From: Macrostomum hystrix
Taxonomy: Eukaryota > Animalia > Platyhelminthes
Direction of reading: 5' to 3'
Assembly: GCA_950097015.1 (NCBI GenBank)
Contig: CATNEN010000001.1
Location: forward strand, 25,854,001-25,918,000
Length of the DNA stretch: 64,000 nucleotides
The notes beneath the pieces were generated by a model. That model worked only from the letters and a program-made list of their open reading frames with translations. It had not been told where the DNA came from and did no database searches. Positions within the stretch are counted from its first letter, which is position 1; every line of letters starts with the position of its first letter. Shown here piece by piece: positions 1-12,959 of this stretch. The translations under genes were made by a program, and so were the position numbers.

Positions 1-500
1 ATACCATCTGCATGGAGTAGATTAGCAATCCAAATCCCTTGATACATTCTGCATGGAGCAGATTAGCAATCCAAATCCCTTGATACATTCTGCATGGAGT
101 AGATTAGCAATCCAAATCCCTTGATACCTTCTGCATGGAGTAGATTAGCAATCCAAATCCCTTGATACATTCTGCATGGAGCAGATTAGCAATCCAAATC
201 CCTTGATACATTCTGCATGGAGTAGATTAGCAATCCAAATCCATTGGTACATTCTGCATGGAGCAGATTAGCAATCCAAATCCCTTGATACATTCTGCAT
301 GGAGCAGATTAGCAATCCAAATCCCTTGATACATTCTGCATGGAGCAGATTAGCAATCCAAATCCCTTGATACCTTCTGCATGGAGTAGATTAGCAATCC
401 AAATCCCTTGATATCTTCTGCATGGAGTAGATTAGCAATCCAAATCCCTTGGTGCTTACTGCATGGAGTAGATTAGCAATCCAAATCCCTTGGTGCTTAC
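1..500. repeat. 41-bp intronic minisatellite (SLC1 copy 1)
   Basis: Tandem unit atccaaatcccttgatacattctgcatggagtagattagca. Confidence 0.97.
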
Positions 501-581
501 AATACAGAGTCGACCAATAATAAATAAACTTACAGCTTATATTATCATTTGATTCTCACTGCATGAAGTGCCACATTTCAG

Positions 582-3500
582 AAACATTTTCCCAGATGAC
601 TTACTTCAAGCAGCATTTCGCAAAAATAACTTTACTGTAAAATACAGCAATGACACAAATGGCTTAGTGCAGATCGAGAATAATTATGTTGAAGGGATGA
701 ACTTGCTGGGTAAGTTTTAAGTATCCTGATATGCTCAGTTTAATAATTGGCCTGTCACTAAGCCGCAACCCAACCCCAATTTCAGCTTGCGTCAGTTTCT
801 CAATTTTCTTCGGTTCGGCAATAAAACGCTTGTCAAATCACACGGGAGACCTGATTGACCTGATGGTTGCCATCAACGACACTTGCTGCATGATGGTGCG
901 GGTCATAACTTGGTGAGTCCTTGGTGCAATCTCATGACCAAAAAAGCAACTGACCCAATCTCTAACTGACCCAATCTCTAACTGACCCATCTCTAACTGA
1001 CCCAATCTATAACTGACCCATTCTATAACTGACCCATCTCTAACTGACCCAATCTATAACTGACCCATTCTCTAACTGACCCAATCTCTAACTGACACAA
1101 TCTCTAACTGACCCATTCTATAACTGACCCATCTCTAACTGACCCAATCTATAACTGACCCATTCTCTAACTGACCCAATCTCTAACTGACCCAATCTCT
1201 AACTGACCCATTCTATAACTGACCCATCTCTAACTGACCCATTCTCTATCTGACCCAATCTCTAACTGACCCAATCTCTATCTGACCCAATCTCTAACTG
1301 ACCCATTCTCTATCTGACCCAATCTCTAACTGACCCAATCTCTATCTGACCCAATCTCTAACTGATACATAACTAACCCAAACCACAACTGACGTAAGCG
1401 TATGAGCCGTGGAAAAAATCCATTTCAAACTTATCTTATTTCAATGCAACGTTTTCAAGGGTTGCCATTTAAACTTCCATCTAGCCTCTCACCTCACTAA
1501 ACCAAGGTACACACCGGTTGGGGTGTTCTCGTTACTGATTAAAACTACATTGGAAATGAATAAATGGAGCGATGTACCATATGCTAAAGAGATGTTTCAA
1601 CAACTTGGCTACTTCTTACTGACTGTGTTAACTGGCTTTGTATTGCAAACATGCCTTCAGGCATTGTCCTACCTGGTTCTGGTTAAGAGGAGTCCGATCA
1701 AAATTTTTCTGGGCACCTTCCAGGCTTGTGTGACGGCTTTTGGCACCGCATCCTCAGCTGCCACCCTGCCGATCACTTTCCATTGCACGGAGGACAAGCT
1801 GGGCATTGATAAGAGAATCACTAAAATTGTGCTGCCCATTGGTACAGCAGTAAACATGAACGCAGCTGCGATGTACATGGCTGCGTTTGGTGTTTTCATG
1901 GCGCAGGTTTATGACATCAGACTTACCCCTGTTCAGATAATAGCCACCAGGTGAGAAGTACTGTGTCACCTGCTAGACTTGAGTGTCACCTGTTAGACCA
2001 GAGTGTCACCTGCTTGACTTGAGTGTCACCTGCTAGACTGGAGTGTCACCTGTTAGACTGGAGTGTCACCTGCTAGACTGGAGTGTCACCTGCTAGACTT
2101 GAGTGTCACCTGCTAGACTGGAGTGTCACCTGCTAGACTGGAGTGTCACCTGTTAGACTTGAGTGTCACCTGTTAGACTGGATTACCACCTGCTAGACTG
2201 GAGTGACAATATCAATGCAAACATTGTTTAAAGACTCATCTCTTACTCAGTTCAACCCAGCAAAATATCGCTATATCAATCCGCAGCTTTCTAGCAATGA
2301 TTGCTTCTGTTAGCACGCCTGGCGTACCTGGTGGCATTGCATATACAATAGGAATTGTGGCCTCTACTTTTGGCTTTCCGGCCTTAGCCGCATTTTATAC
2401 TTGGGTTTGGACTTTACCAGTTGACTGGATAATGTGAGAGTCGCATTTCTCTTTAATTAAACTTTCTACTTAAGTAGCTCGTAGAAAGGCAGACAGGGCT
2501 TCCTGTGCTTCAACGCTGTAGTATTAAACAATAAGTCAAGAATATTAAATAATAAAGTTTGACCAGCCAGTGAAGTCATTAAGACAGCACGAGCATCATC
2601 CGCCCCAACTTTTGTTTTGAACTGAAACGTCAGACCGAAGTCGCTCTTCAGACTATGCACGCTAACCAGAGACGACCAACCGTTGTATGTAGACGTCAGT
2701 GTTTGACCATGCAGGACCGAGAATAGTTTCATTATGATTTTCCTGAATGGGAACTCTTACTTGAGTCGCTTTCTACAGTTTTGCTTTGTAGAAAACTGGT
2801 GTTTAAGGATCGTTCGTATTTTATGTTTAGAAGACATGAAGCGAAAAGGAGTGATGTCCTTTGTAGTACCAGTTACATGCAGTATCATTTCTCTTTTTAG
2901 CTGCAGTGACAACACTTCCAACTGACTTAATATTCTATTTGTTTTCGCTTACAACCTTCAAGATCTTAGCACCCTGTGACCCTGTGCGATTATATCAGCA
3001 ATACCGAGCCCATAACATTCTTTCCTTGGACCCGTGGCGAAGTGCCCGGATCCACGTCTCATTAGATGAAGTTCCTCCTTATCGTAGTACCCCTAAGTAC
3101 CCTAGCTCTAACGCATAGACAATCTATGCAATGTAGCATTTATTTTCTAACTCGTGGATCTCAGCGAATCTGAATGGATTAAGTCTCATTCTAACTGGTA
3201 GGTATCTGTCTTGCAGTGTTAGTAACAAGCGGTCACTACAATCACGTACCTCAAAAGCTGACTGACGAGTAAATAATACCGTGTCTGCACAAATTATAAC
3301 CCCCAAAATTGCAGAGATAGATTCGGCACAGTCGTCAATGTCATGGGCGATGTCTTTTGTGCCGCGATTCTGCAGCACATTTGCACATTGGATGAAGAGA
3401 GCCCCTCGGAGATTCCGAACAGCGACATGGCTGAGGAGTTAAAAGAAATTGACGAAGGTAAGTTAACAAAAAAGAATACTTTTTAAATAAGAGTACTAGT

Positions 3501-3732
3501 TAACAGCTTCTTGCAAATCGTTTGTAGTCTTTGGATCTTTTATAAGATCAAACTGTACATCTGTCTCATCTAGCTATTCGTCTGTCTGAGTATTTAAGCA
3601 ATTCTTATTTTAATACGAGTACATCAGAAACATTCTGATGAATACATAAAATGAACCCGATGCTTTCATGTAACCCCTGCTATTACATTTTCAGATCCCA
3701 CTGGTCAATCACCACGCGGCAATGGCATTTAA
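582..3732 (+). CDS. SLC1/EAAT (dicarboxylate/amino acid:cation symporter) family transporter, copy 1; 3' six exons, 5' end outside window
   Basis: GT-AG exons 582-709, 786-912, 1507-1950, 2287-2433, 3315-3457 and 3695-3732 join in frame. Motifs: RNIFPDDL, GMNLL, WYTPVG, HP1 AFGTASSAATLP, LPIGTAVNMN, HP2 ASVSTPGVPGG, TM8 DWIIDRFGTVVNVMGD. Confidence 0.93.
948..1366. repeat. 16-bp intronic minisatellite (copy 1)
   Basis: Tandem unit tctaactgacccaatc. Confidence 0.97.
1962..2206. repeat. 20-bp intronic minisatellite (copy 1)
   Basis: Tandem unit gagtgtcacctgctagactg. Confidence 0.97.
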
Positions 3733-4059
3733 AGTCACCAAAACAGAGATAATACTGTGGTTTTTGCGAAAATGTCTGTACTTTTTAATACGTATGTTTG
3801 CCGCTTTCTTTTAATTCTCAGTGAAATACACAAAATGCTCGAGCACAAAGCATTATCGACACATTTTCTTGCTTGTCGTCAATATTCTTATCATAATATG
3901 ACAATTATATATAGTTGCATTCAATTTTCAAGAAAAAAAAACTAAATACCTATTAGTATTATACTAGCAAGTTTTGCCCCCCTTCGGGGAGCATAAATAT
4001 TTTTAATTCGTCTTCTATATACTTTTTAGCAGCTGTATTTTCAGCTTTTTGAGGCTAAA

Positions 4060-4470
4060 ATGATCACCCAGTTGACAATGATCCCCCAGTTGAAAATCGT
4101 CCCCCAGTTGACAATGATACCCCAGTTGATAATGTTCCCCCAGTTGACAATGATCCCCCAGTTGACAATTTTTCCCCAGTTGACAATGATCCCCCAGTTG
4201 ACAATGATCCCCAGTTGACAATGATCCCCCAGTTGACAATTTCCCCCCCCCCCAGTTGACAATGATCCCCAGTTGACAATGATCCCCCAGTTGTTGATGA
4301 TCACCCAGTTGACAATGATCCCCCCGTTGACAATGATCCCCCAGTTGACAATGATCTCCCAGTTGACATTGATCCCCCAGTTGACAATGATCCCCCAGTT
4401 GACAATTTTCCCCCAGTTGACAACGATCCCCCAGTTGACCATGATCCCCCCAGTTGACGATTATCCCCCA
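4060..4470. repeat. 18-bp satellite (cagttgacaatgatcccc)
   Basis: Direct tandem array; it generates the spurious GDHCQL/STGGSL ORFs. Confidence 0.97.
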
Positions 4471-4471
4471 G

Positions 4472-5542
4472 TTCTGGTTTAGCCATGATTCAAACGCTGG
4501 GTTAGCCATGATTCAAGCTCTGGTTTAGCCATGATTCTAACTCTGGTTGGCTATGATTCAAGCTCTGGATGGCTATGATTCAAACTCTCGTTGGCCATGA
4601 TTCAAACTCTCGTTGGTCATGATTCAAACTCTGGTTGGTCATGATTGAAACTCTGGTTTAGCCATAATTAAGACTCTATTTTAGCCATGATTCAAACTCT
4701 GGTTTAGCCTTAATTCAAACTCTGGTTAAGCCATGATTCAAACTCTGGTTTAGCCATGATTCAAACTCTGGTTTTGCCATGATTCAAACTCTGGTTTAGC
4801 CATGATTCAAACGCTGGGTTAGCCATGATTCAAACTCTGGTTTAGCCATGATTCAAACTCTGGTTTAGCCATGATTCAAACTCTGGTTTTGCCATGATTC
4901 AAACTCTGGTTTAGCAATGATTCAAACTCTGGTTTAGCCATGATTCAAACTCGGGTTTTGCAATGATTCAAACTCGGGTTTTGCAATGATTCAAACTCGG
5001 GTTTTGCCATGATTCAGACTCTGGTTTTGCCATGATTCAATGTTTGGTTTAGCCATGATTCAGACTCTGGTTTAGCCATGATTCAAATTCTGGTTTAGCC
5101 ATGATTCAAATTCTGGTTTAGCCATGATTCAAACTCTGGATGGCTATGATTCAAACTCTCGTTGGCCATGATTCAAACTCTCGTTGGCCATGATTCAAAC
5201 TCTGGATGGCTATGATTCAAACTCTCGTTGGCCATGATTCAAACTCTGGATGGCTATGATTCAAACTCTCGTTGGCCATGATTCAAACTCTGGATGGCTA
5301 TGATTCAAACTCTCGTTGGCCATGATTCAAACTCTCGTTGGCCATGATTCAAACTCTGGATGGCTATGATTCAAACTCTCGTTGGCCATGATTCAAACTC
5401 TGGATGGCTATGATTCAAACTCTCGTTGGCCATGATTCAAACTCTGGATGGCTATGATTCAAACTCTCGTTGGCCATGATTCAAACTCTCGTTGGTCATG
5501 ATTCAAACTCTCGTTGGCCATGATTCAAACCCTGAGTTTGAA
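4472..5542. repeat. 22/23-bp satellite (tagccatgattcaaactctggtt)
   Basis: Direct tandem array. Confidence 0.97.
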
Positions 5543-5735
5543 TTTTCCGCCGTCTTTCTGGCCGTAGCCGTAGTCGTAGCCGTCAGCGTAGACGTAGCCG
5601 GCGTCTTCGAAGGCGACAGCGGCGACGGTGGCAGCTGCTGGCTGCGGCGGCGCGGCCCTACGCGGCGACGGCGAATCGCGACGCGTCTAGTCGATGGACA
5701 GGGCGAGGGCGAGTATTTGTCAGTAGGCTAAAATG

Positions 5736-7907
5736 TTGTGATGTGGAGTGTGCTACGGGAATCGAGTGGGAATGTGAGCCAGCAGAATTTTTCGAATTTT
5801 TAGCAATTTATAATCGCGACCCAACAAGCAGCTGGCCCCAAGAACAAGATCATTAATCTTAGGACGAATCCCCTCTCCCTGGATCTGTTCTAGACCCCCA
5901 TAGAAGTGACTGATCGCGGGCCATAACTTTATTGTATGAGCTAGTTTAGGTCATAATTCCCCTCCAAACCGCGATCAGATATCGGAAATCACTCAGGCAT
6001 CTCAAGTGATCAATAATTCTTCATGTCCCCACTTCTTTAGTGTAGTCCGAGCCCATCTCGATTATATGACTTTTCCTCTTAGATACATGTCACTGTAGGC
6101 AGGTCGGCGCCTGCGCTTCCCATTGTCCTGGCGGAGTAACAATTATTGGCCGACTGCCGGCGGCTGCTCATAAAGGAGCATCTGTCGTTTCTCGCCGCCG
6201 GTTCATTGGGTAATCGGGGCGGCCATCGCCGCTTTGATTCCTCGATGACAGGCTGGCGCGGATGTGGGTTATTTTGATGAATGTCGAGGTTGGCGTGCTG
6301 CAGGACTATTTAAGCAAGCGCGATGCGCTGCTCCCTCTTGGACCCGGGCTCAGACCCGGAAACCGGACCTTCCCTCCGCAAACTTGCGACTCCCTCGGAC
6401 CCGTGGGCTCACCTTAGTCCGCGGACTCCTGAAGCCGAGTCCCTTTACCTACTTCGGAGTCTAACTCCACCAACTTAGGGCTTAGACGCTAGAGCTTTAA
6501 GCTCAACTAGCGCTTACAGGCCCATTGCCTGTCTATAAGCCCCGAATAGGGCAAGCCACCTCTTTAGGTGAGCTCTCAAATTGCGCTTTGCGCCCGCCAG
6601 TGTTTTGGCCCCTGCCAGCCCACAGTTAGCTTTCTCCTTTCCCTTTCCTCGCTAATCTTGCCCTGCCCCTCCCTCGAGAACTACAGGCCTGCAGCACGCG
6701 ACCGGCACTTCAGCTAAGTAACCCGCGTAGCGGCCGTTAATTGTTACTTCTAAGGGACTTTTACTTCTAGCTAGGCGGCACAATAGTGGGGAAGGGCATC
6801 GGGAATTTCAGCATAATACACTAGTCATTGCTAGCCAACTATTTCACATTAGGCCAATTTAATTACAATTTAAATTCATTCCTTGTCCGCCTCTATTTTT
6901 ATTTCTCTGTTAGACAGCTCTCCTTTATGAGTGGCTAATCTTCTAGGGGATGGGCTCTGGTGATGCCGAGCTGAAGGCTGCGGCAGGAAGACACTGTAAG
7001 CGCGTACGAGAGTAATAACGAGCTAGGGATTCGCGAGCAGATGCGGAGGTAGCATGTGCATTTCTTTCCAGGGGGTGGGGGGAATCCTTGGCCGGCTTTC
7101 CTTCTCCCTCTTGGGCGGGCTCACAAGTGTACGTGTCGAACTCCCTTTCCAATGGAGTTTTCCCCTTATCGCCCTATCATATCATATCATATCATATCAT
7201 TCTGGCTATGGATTCTCATTCGAGTTCTTAGTACCACCTTTCTAGACTCCTGTAGCGCGAATTCAGGAATCCCCTTTGAGGCGTGTCTCGTTCCATTCTG
7301 GGGCTCTCACCCCAGTCTAAAACGGAAGTTGCAGAATGCCCTATTTTTCGGCTTGTCTAGATCTGCGTGATAAACTAGGAGCTGTGTACTCCGGGACCCA
7401 AGTTCCCAAATGCCTGCGGTGGCAACGTAGGCGCATTGGGTGGTGGCGCTACCCTAGATCATCTATTCGCTTTGCCGATAGCCTTTCCGCAGTTCTGTGG
7501 CAAGAGCCTAGACCAGTTCGACCACCGCTACCAAAGCTAGGAGTCAGTGGCGTACCGCACTACTGACGACAGTAGGCTACCTAGCCCTGTCTTGTCCGAT
7601 TCCGGATAATACGACGCCCCCGTTAGACTTTTCGCCGGTTTCGAGCATAGCTTGGGGTAAGCACGGCAGTCATGCCTGTGGCCTATGGGACGAGTGGGAC
7701 TGGCCAGCCTGAGGCCAAAAGGACCACTCCCTGCATCCATCGAACCTCCTCGTCTCCTCTTTCCTCCTTACCCTCTCTCGGCGGCATCTCGCGAGTAGCC
7801 AGGCAGATAGCCATTCGACTCCATCGCCATCTCCAAGCTCCCACCTTTCACGAGGGCAGGTCAGTGGCTTGCAAAACTCCCTAACCATTTCAGTTGTCAA
7901 AATTTCA
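5736..7907 (+). mobile_element. 2.2-kb non-coding interspersed element (TGTGATG...TTTCA), copy A; solo-LTR-like or YR-mobilised
   Basis: Colinear and highly similar to the reverse complement of 30074-32449. No credible ORF. Right boundary approximate. Confidence 0.8.
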
Positions 7908-8651
7908 TTGGCTACAAGAGTTCATGCGCTATGTGGCTCGGGTGGTTTGAAAAGGCGTGCCCCGCTATTTTCTAAATATAGCAACGAAAGCCAATGGGCG
8001 CGGTAAGCGCTTTTATCCAGAGGAACTACCTGCTGGAACCAGCCGTGCCGTACAAAAATCAGACTACTCAAGTAGTGCAAAAGAGTGCGTGCAACTACCG
8101 AGAAATCAAATTTTCGTAACCGCTCCGGTGCAGGTCCTGGCAATAGATATAGATAGCGAGAAAGAGCGAGCGAAGCGAGCTCTTTCGAGATTGCTTGCCG
8201 CAGCCAATCAAGCTGAAAGCACGCACACAAGATCACCGGAAACGATTAAGGCAGCTGGAAAACCAATGGGCGCGGCTGTCACTTTCAACGGGACCAGAAT
8301 TGATAATTTGTATTAGATCGCAATGTGGTTACCTTATTTTTATAAAATCCGTGTTCTCCTGACATTCTAAGCCACGAAGTGGCGACTAATTGGATAATGC
8401 AATAACTTTGCCCCGTCCAAAACAGAAACGCAATAAAGCTACATTTGGCCGATGCTGCTAGGCCAATAAAGAACTCCAAAGCATCCAAGGAGAAGCGGAG
8501 AGCCACATCTCAGCTACTGCCGGGTGCCGCGATTGGATCTACGGGCATGTTAAAACGTTCGAAAGATGAAAAATTCCGCGAGCTAGCATTGGCTGTCGGA
8601 AAACCTGACACTTTATAAGCATTTAGCTTTCTTACTTACATTTCTCTAGAA

Positions 8652-9345
8652 ATGTTTCGCAAGCAGGGCATTCTCACTGGCGCAGTCTCAGTGGCACTCC
8701 TGTTCTGTGTGGCAGCCAGGACAGTTGAGTTCTCCTATATCGGCTGCTTCGTTGACAACCCTGACAGGGACCTGAATGGACTGAGTGGCATCCTCAGCAT
8801 CAGTGGGCTGGTAGTTGACACTGGCCGCATCAATTCAGCCAGCAACTCGCACGAGTTCTGCAGCAGCGTCTGCTCACTGGGCGGCTTCGCCTACTTCGGT
8901 GTGCAGTACGGATTGAATTGCTGGTGTGGCAACTCATTCGGCGCACACAGAAAAGCTAGTGACAGCGACTGCAACATGACGTGCACTGGAAACCCGCTGC
9001 AGAAGTGCGGAGCGGCCTGGAGGGAACTCGATTTTTGCCCTCTCGTACCCCAGTGAGTTGTCTTTAAATGCCTGATATGATCTGACGGTCTCTGAAACGT
9101 TTCAATTCGCCTTCTTTTCAGTAAAAAACTTTTTCAAGCCAGCACCGAGGCCAGATAAGACTGTGGAAGCCACTCAGCAGACATTCTGGACGGTCCCGGC
9201 CTTGGTCGAGCTCGACTGCCTGTTTCAGTGCGAGGCCCAGGCTGCCAACTGTCAGGCTGTGATCTTCTCAGGCCAGCAGCAGCTGTGCCACCTGCTCCGG
9301 TTCGCCCACCCGCCCGCCAACCTGAGCAGCTCAGCTGGAGACTAG
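8652..9345 (+). pseudogene. Secreted WSC-domain + PAN/Apple-like protein gene with a +1 frameshift (pseudogene or assembly error)
   Basis: Signal-peptide-like N-terminus and WSC motifs YIGCFVD, C..C...F.YFGVQYG..CWCG, C...C.GN..KCG. Removing one G at 9022-9024 restores WRNSIF. Intron 9053-9121 then joins in frame to a CLFQC..CQAV..CHLL PAN-like exon ending TAG 9345. Confidence 0.8.
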
Positions 9346-11219
9346 TACCTGCGTGGCTGATCCTACACGTGTGGACAGCATTGAAACACATGCCGAAAAT
9401 CATGTGACACGTCTGTCCGCTAGAGACGCTAATCTACAAAATATAGTTTTCAGTAAAACCTTAATATCTCATCCTGAACCTTAAAAGAAAATCCCTATAT
9501 TTTAAGTAGAGATATTTTTTGCCTCGGACTCTCAAATAAACAAAAAGTACGGCTGTCAAGACAAATGAACTGAGATTTTAGTTTAGTAAGCTGTCCTGAA
9601 TTTGCCGTCAACTGAGTTTATTTAATTGTTTCATTAAGAAAAGCATATGCTTCAGAAACTTCAATAACAAAGATGTACGAGTATGTCGCTTATAAGTTGA
9701 TTGGGGTTGGGCAGAGAGAGAGAGTGGGGAGGGGGTTGAGACGACCAACCTCTCAGGGGTAGAAAGTGTGCAAAAGTTAGCATGCATGTACATACTGATC
9801 TAAAGATCTAAAGATTCTTAGCTATTTTTCAGAGCATATCTTCTTGGAACAATTTTTGAAACACTTGTTACTTTTTAAATCGCTTGTTTTTCAAATATTT
9901 GGAATGCCACACAAAACAGTTTTTCTAATTCGTATCTCACTCACTAGCGGTCTGTTTACTGACTGTCTTGTCTACTATTTACACTTGTCTCTAGCAGCAC
10001 TGAATTGCTCTCGTTTTCTGCTTTGAGTGCAGTATCAACAGCGCAGATGATTTTCCCCTGTCTCAGATAGTCTATTTGAATTCCTGTCTTTGCCAATCCT
10101 CTTTAAGAATTCTGCAAGCTACCAGCCTCATGGAACGAATCTAATGATTGTACAGGTGAGCGCTCTTGACTGCGATGGTCCTGGGCACCAGAGGGTGTGT
10201 AAAATCTTCTTACCCTCGAATGCAGCTTGAGTAGCCAACTAGATAGTAGTCGGCTGCTCACATTCATTGACTCAATAAAGTTGATTATTACTCAATTTTC
10301 GGCGCCTGTGCTTCGAAAACACTACTGAAGCGAGCAGTCGGGCTGGTCATTAATATTTTCACAAAATAATAGAGTATTTCAGGCCTCAAATGTTGAACTC
10401 TACATCAAAAGAGTTTTCGCAGTAAGAGACAGTCTTTCGTTCAGTTCAGACTGTACGGGACTGAACGAATCGAAAACTTAACCAAATTGTATTTTAACCA
10501 ATAACTGGGCAAACATATAAACAAGAGATATGGAGTGAGTGGGTAAGAGCTGAAAGTAGCGGGGTAAGGAAAGAGAGATGAACAGCTAGCCAATCAGACA
10601 CGAGGAAGAGGAAAGAGAAATGAAGGCTAGTAATAAGAATTTAAACCGCTGGAGAGAGGAGAAAGTACAGTTGGAGGGCGCACGTACGTAAACAATACCT
10701 ACCGAATGTTTTAGTTTTGTACATTGCAATTTTATTCTCTTACGGTTTTCATTACTAAATAACCTATCATAAGTCTGAAATTTAATACACTACAGACTAG
10801 TAAAATTAGATTGACCTTCTTCTTGTGTTCCTCTTGCAATTAATTATGAATTAATTAATATATTATTTAGTATTCACTTGAACTAAAAAGCAGCAGAATA
10901 ACAAGCCATCATTCAGTAAATCTCACACGCAACTTTGGGGGTGTTTTACGAACTGCAACTTAAGACTGACTCCTAAGTTCCAACTTGAGTGCATTATCAA
11001 CAGCGCAGATGATTTTCCCCTGTCTCAGATAGTCTATCTTTTATATCTTCCATCTATTATATGCTATTATATAGAAGTCCTTGGTCCAGCTTTGGCTGTG
11101 GACGAGCAAGTTTAAGATAGGGTTGACCATAGACTAATTCCGCGTGTCGTCAAACTTTAGCTGTTTTATACGAGGGGTGTTTCAAAAGTAACTAGGCTAG
11201 TAATGAAGTCGGTGACTTA

Positions 11220-12412
11220 CACTCAGCAACATTGAAAAGTTTCCACCCTCGCGCAAGTTGTATATTTAGAGTTTCAAAACTGGTTTTTGTCGCCAGACTT
11301 GTGCCATAGACGATTGATGATTTCGTCAACACGCACTTGGGCCATAGAATTCAAAAACTTGGGTCATAGACGCCAGACAAGTCGAAGGAAACAGTCACAT
11401 GGAGCAGACAGCAGCATCTTACAGGAGTCTAAAATCCACGTTCGCAACCGAACGCAATGGTTCGCCAAATGACCGACCTGGAACGAGCGCGCGCCATTGG
11501 CATGCTGGACGCTGGGATGTCCATCCGAGCTGTTGCTCGCCAAATTGGGCGGTCGTAAGATGCGCAAACGGTCACGCCTGACCCCAACCCATGTGGCCAG
11601 CCGGGAACAATGGGCAATGCAAAGGGTCCACTGGAGGCAGCAGCAGTGGCGGCGAGTGATTTTCACAGATGAGAGCCGCTTTCGATTGTTCCGTGCCGAC
11701 GGCCGCATTCGCGTGTGGCGCCAGCCGCGCCAGGAGATGCTGCCGCAGCACGTGCAAAACTCTGAGAGCCAGTCAGCTTCTATTCACGTGTGGGCAGGCA
11801 TCACAATGCACGCGAAGACGGAGCTCGTGTTCCTGGATGCGACTGTGACTGCCGAGTCGTACGCCAACCTTCTACAGACGCGCCTGCTGCCCTTCATTGA
11901 TGCTTCATGTGGTGGCGTGGGGAACTGCGTCCTCCAAGACGACAACGCCCCACCGCATCGCGCAGCCGCTGTGGCGCATCTGAAGGAGCTGCTGCACCTG
12001 CGAACCTTGCGCTGGCCGTCCCGATCACCGGACATGAATCCCATAGAGCACGTTTGGGATTACCTGAAGCGCTCGATTCGGCGCGACAATCCGCCGCAAA
12101 ATGTTGCCCAACTGCGCGAATCACTGTCTACTGCATGGCAACAACTACCGCAAGATTTTCTGCGACGCCTGGTTCTGGGGATGCCCCGGAGAGTGAGCGC
12201 TCTGCTGCACTCACGTGGCTGCTATACGCGTTACTGACCCTGTTCTGGGCGAGTTGTCACCCATGCTCGCGTACTTTGTTTCTTTGCTGTTCCTTTGCTT
12301 CGGTCGATTCCGGATTATATATTTGTCTATGGCTCAAACCACGAATATCTCCACAGACCAAAACGTTGCCCCTTCGCGCGCTAGGGTGGAAACTTTTCAA
12401 TGTGGCTGAGTG
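11220..12412 (+). mobile_element. Tc1-family DNA transposon (DD34E), internally deleted
   Basis: TIRs cactcagc.acattgaaaagtttccaccct flanked by TA. HTH start MVRQMTDLERARAIGML at 11457 ends at a deletion junction. Catalytic FTDESRF / QDDNAPPH / SPDMNPIE with 34-residue spacing; stop 12237. Confidence 0.93.
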
Positions 12413-12959
12413 TATTACGGGATGAGTGAGCCGTGATGCATATCAAAGTGCTGACTACTGATAAAGACTTATTAAAGACTCTGACTGAGACTGACCCCTG
12501 CCCTTTTGTTCTCTCTCCTAGACCCGCCATAAATCCCTTGGCGTTCAGTGATTTTTCAAACTTTCAATAAAGAGAGGGGGCGCAGTGTCTTTAATCATTC
12601 GTCCAACTTTCTTAATTATCAATCCCCGCTATATCAAAGTCTAAATTTCTATTGTCTAAAGTATGGCCCAATAAACGAGTCCTCAGCCGTTCCCGGCTAA
12701 AATAAATAAAAAAGTGGGTGATAACTTATACTTACATTAAACAAAAGGGAGGGGCTGGCCTGCTATAGCCCCCTTTAAGGCACAGACACTCAGGCTGAGA
12801 GAACCCCCTCCCCAATTAGATTTTTATCGATCGGGCGGCACAGCACAGCTTGGCCCCAGCTAATGTACACTCAAACCTCAATAGACAGAAATCTCGTCCC
12901 CACAAAAACACTGACAAATGCATGGAGGGCTGTAGCCTGTGTACTTTAAGTGAAGCTTC

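Larger units (their letters stand above)
3964..8153 (-). mobile_element. Non-autonomous Helitron-like element carrying 18-bp and 22/23-bp satellite arrays, interrupted by a 2.2-kb element
   Basis: The minus-strand 3' end reads hairpin gctccccgaaggggggc-aaaacttg-CTAG|T, the same as at 26304-26332. A candidate 5' end A|TCTATATCTAT at 8153 is less certain. Confidence 0.65.

Noticed and set aside
1-500. Regular 41-bp repeats (and other arrays) as possible CRISPR
   Set aside because: Head-to-tail units with no unique spacers, located in spliceosomal introns; no cas genes.
4015-4509. ORFs of GDHCQL/IIVNWG/STGGSL repeats (also 25305-26257) resembling hexapeptide-repeat proteins
   Set aside because: They are translations of an 18-bp satellite open in several frames on both strands, with frame-breaking indels.
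12774-12950. Possible TTAA-flanked Kolobok/piggyBac-like MITE
   Set aside because: The inverted ends match too poorly.
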